From positions 16,853 through 80,852 of the forward strand of contig CAYWXF010000001.1 in NCBI GenBank assembly GCA_964462025.1: a stretch of 64,000 nt of DNA. Direction: 5' to 3'. Both the position numbers and the translations under genes were made by a program. This stretch comes from an uncultured Pseudomonas sp. (lineage in GTDB: Bacteria; Pseudomonadota; Gammaproteobacteria; Enterobacterales; Alteromonadaceae). The notes below the pieces were generated by a model. That model was given only the letters and a program-made list of their open reading frames with translations. It was not told the DNA's origin and ran no database searches. Each line of letters opens with the position of its first letter. The stretch's first letter is position 1. Positions 63,999 to 64,000 of the stretch are shown piece after piece.

Positions 63999-64000
63999 TT

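Overview
Core-chromosome segment of a marine gammaproteobacterium. Gene content and order suggest Alteromonadales, probably Idiomarinaceae (inference). The window spans the replication terminus: a near-canonical XerCD dif site lies at 42930-42957, and the KOPS motifs I spotted point toward it from both sides. Contents in order: asnS (partial), bioA/bioBFCD, htpX, class II DAHP synthase, DUF1338, ppsR/ppsA, ydiJ, leucine dehydrogenase, roxA-purB-hflD-mnmA-rluE, ttcA/uspE, cbb3 oxidase ccoNOQP-HIS, two divergent RND systems, an ABC exporter, a TetR/DUF547/AhpD/DoxX module, Lon-like protease, fabA, rmf, DUF3466, uup, rlmKL, tRNA-fMet, cpdB, zapC, pyrD and NAD-GDH (partial). I found no integrase, transposase, prophage, CRISPR array or defence island, and nothing that is clearly a new system. 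The best leads are (i) a TetR-controlled thiol/redox module with a directly visible twin operator, (ii) a divergent RND pair in which one pump lacks part of the proton relay, (iii) DUF1338 plus YdiJ as a possible 2-oxoadipate/D-2-hydroxyglutarate route, and (iv) a Met-rich putative lipoprotein divergent from ccoN, at a locus that lacks fnr but keeps an FNR-like box. All calls come from reading the sequence by eye; no database searches were run.
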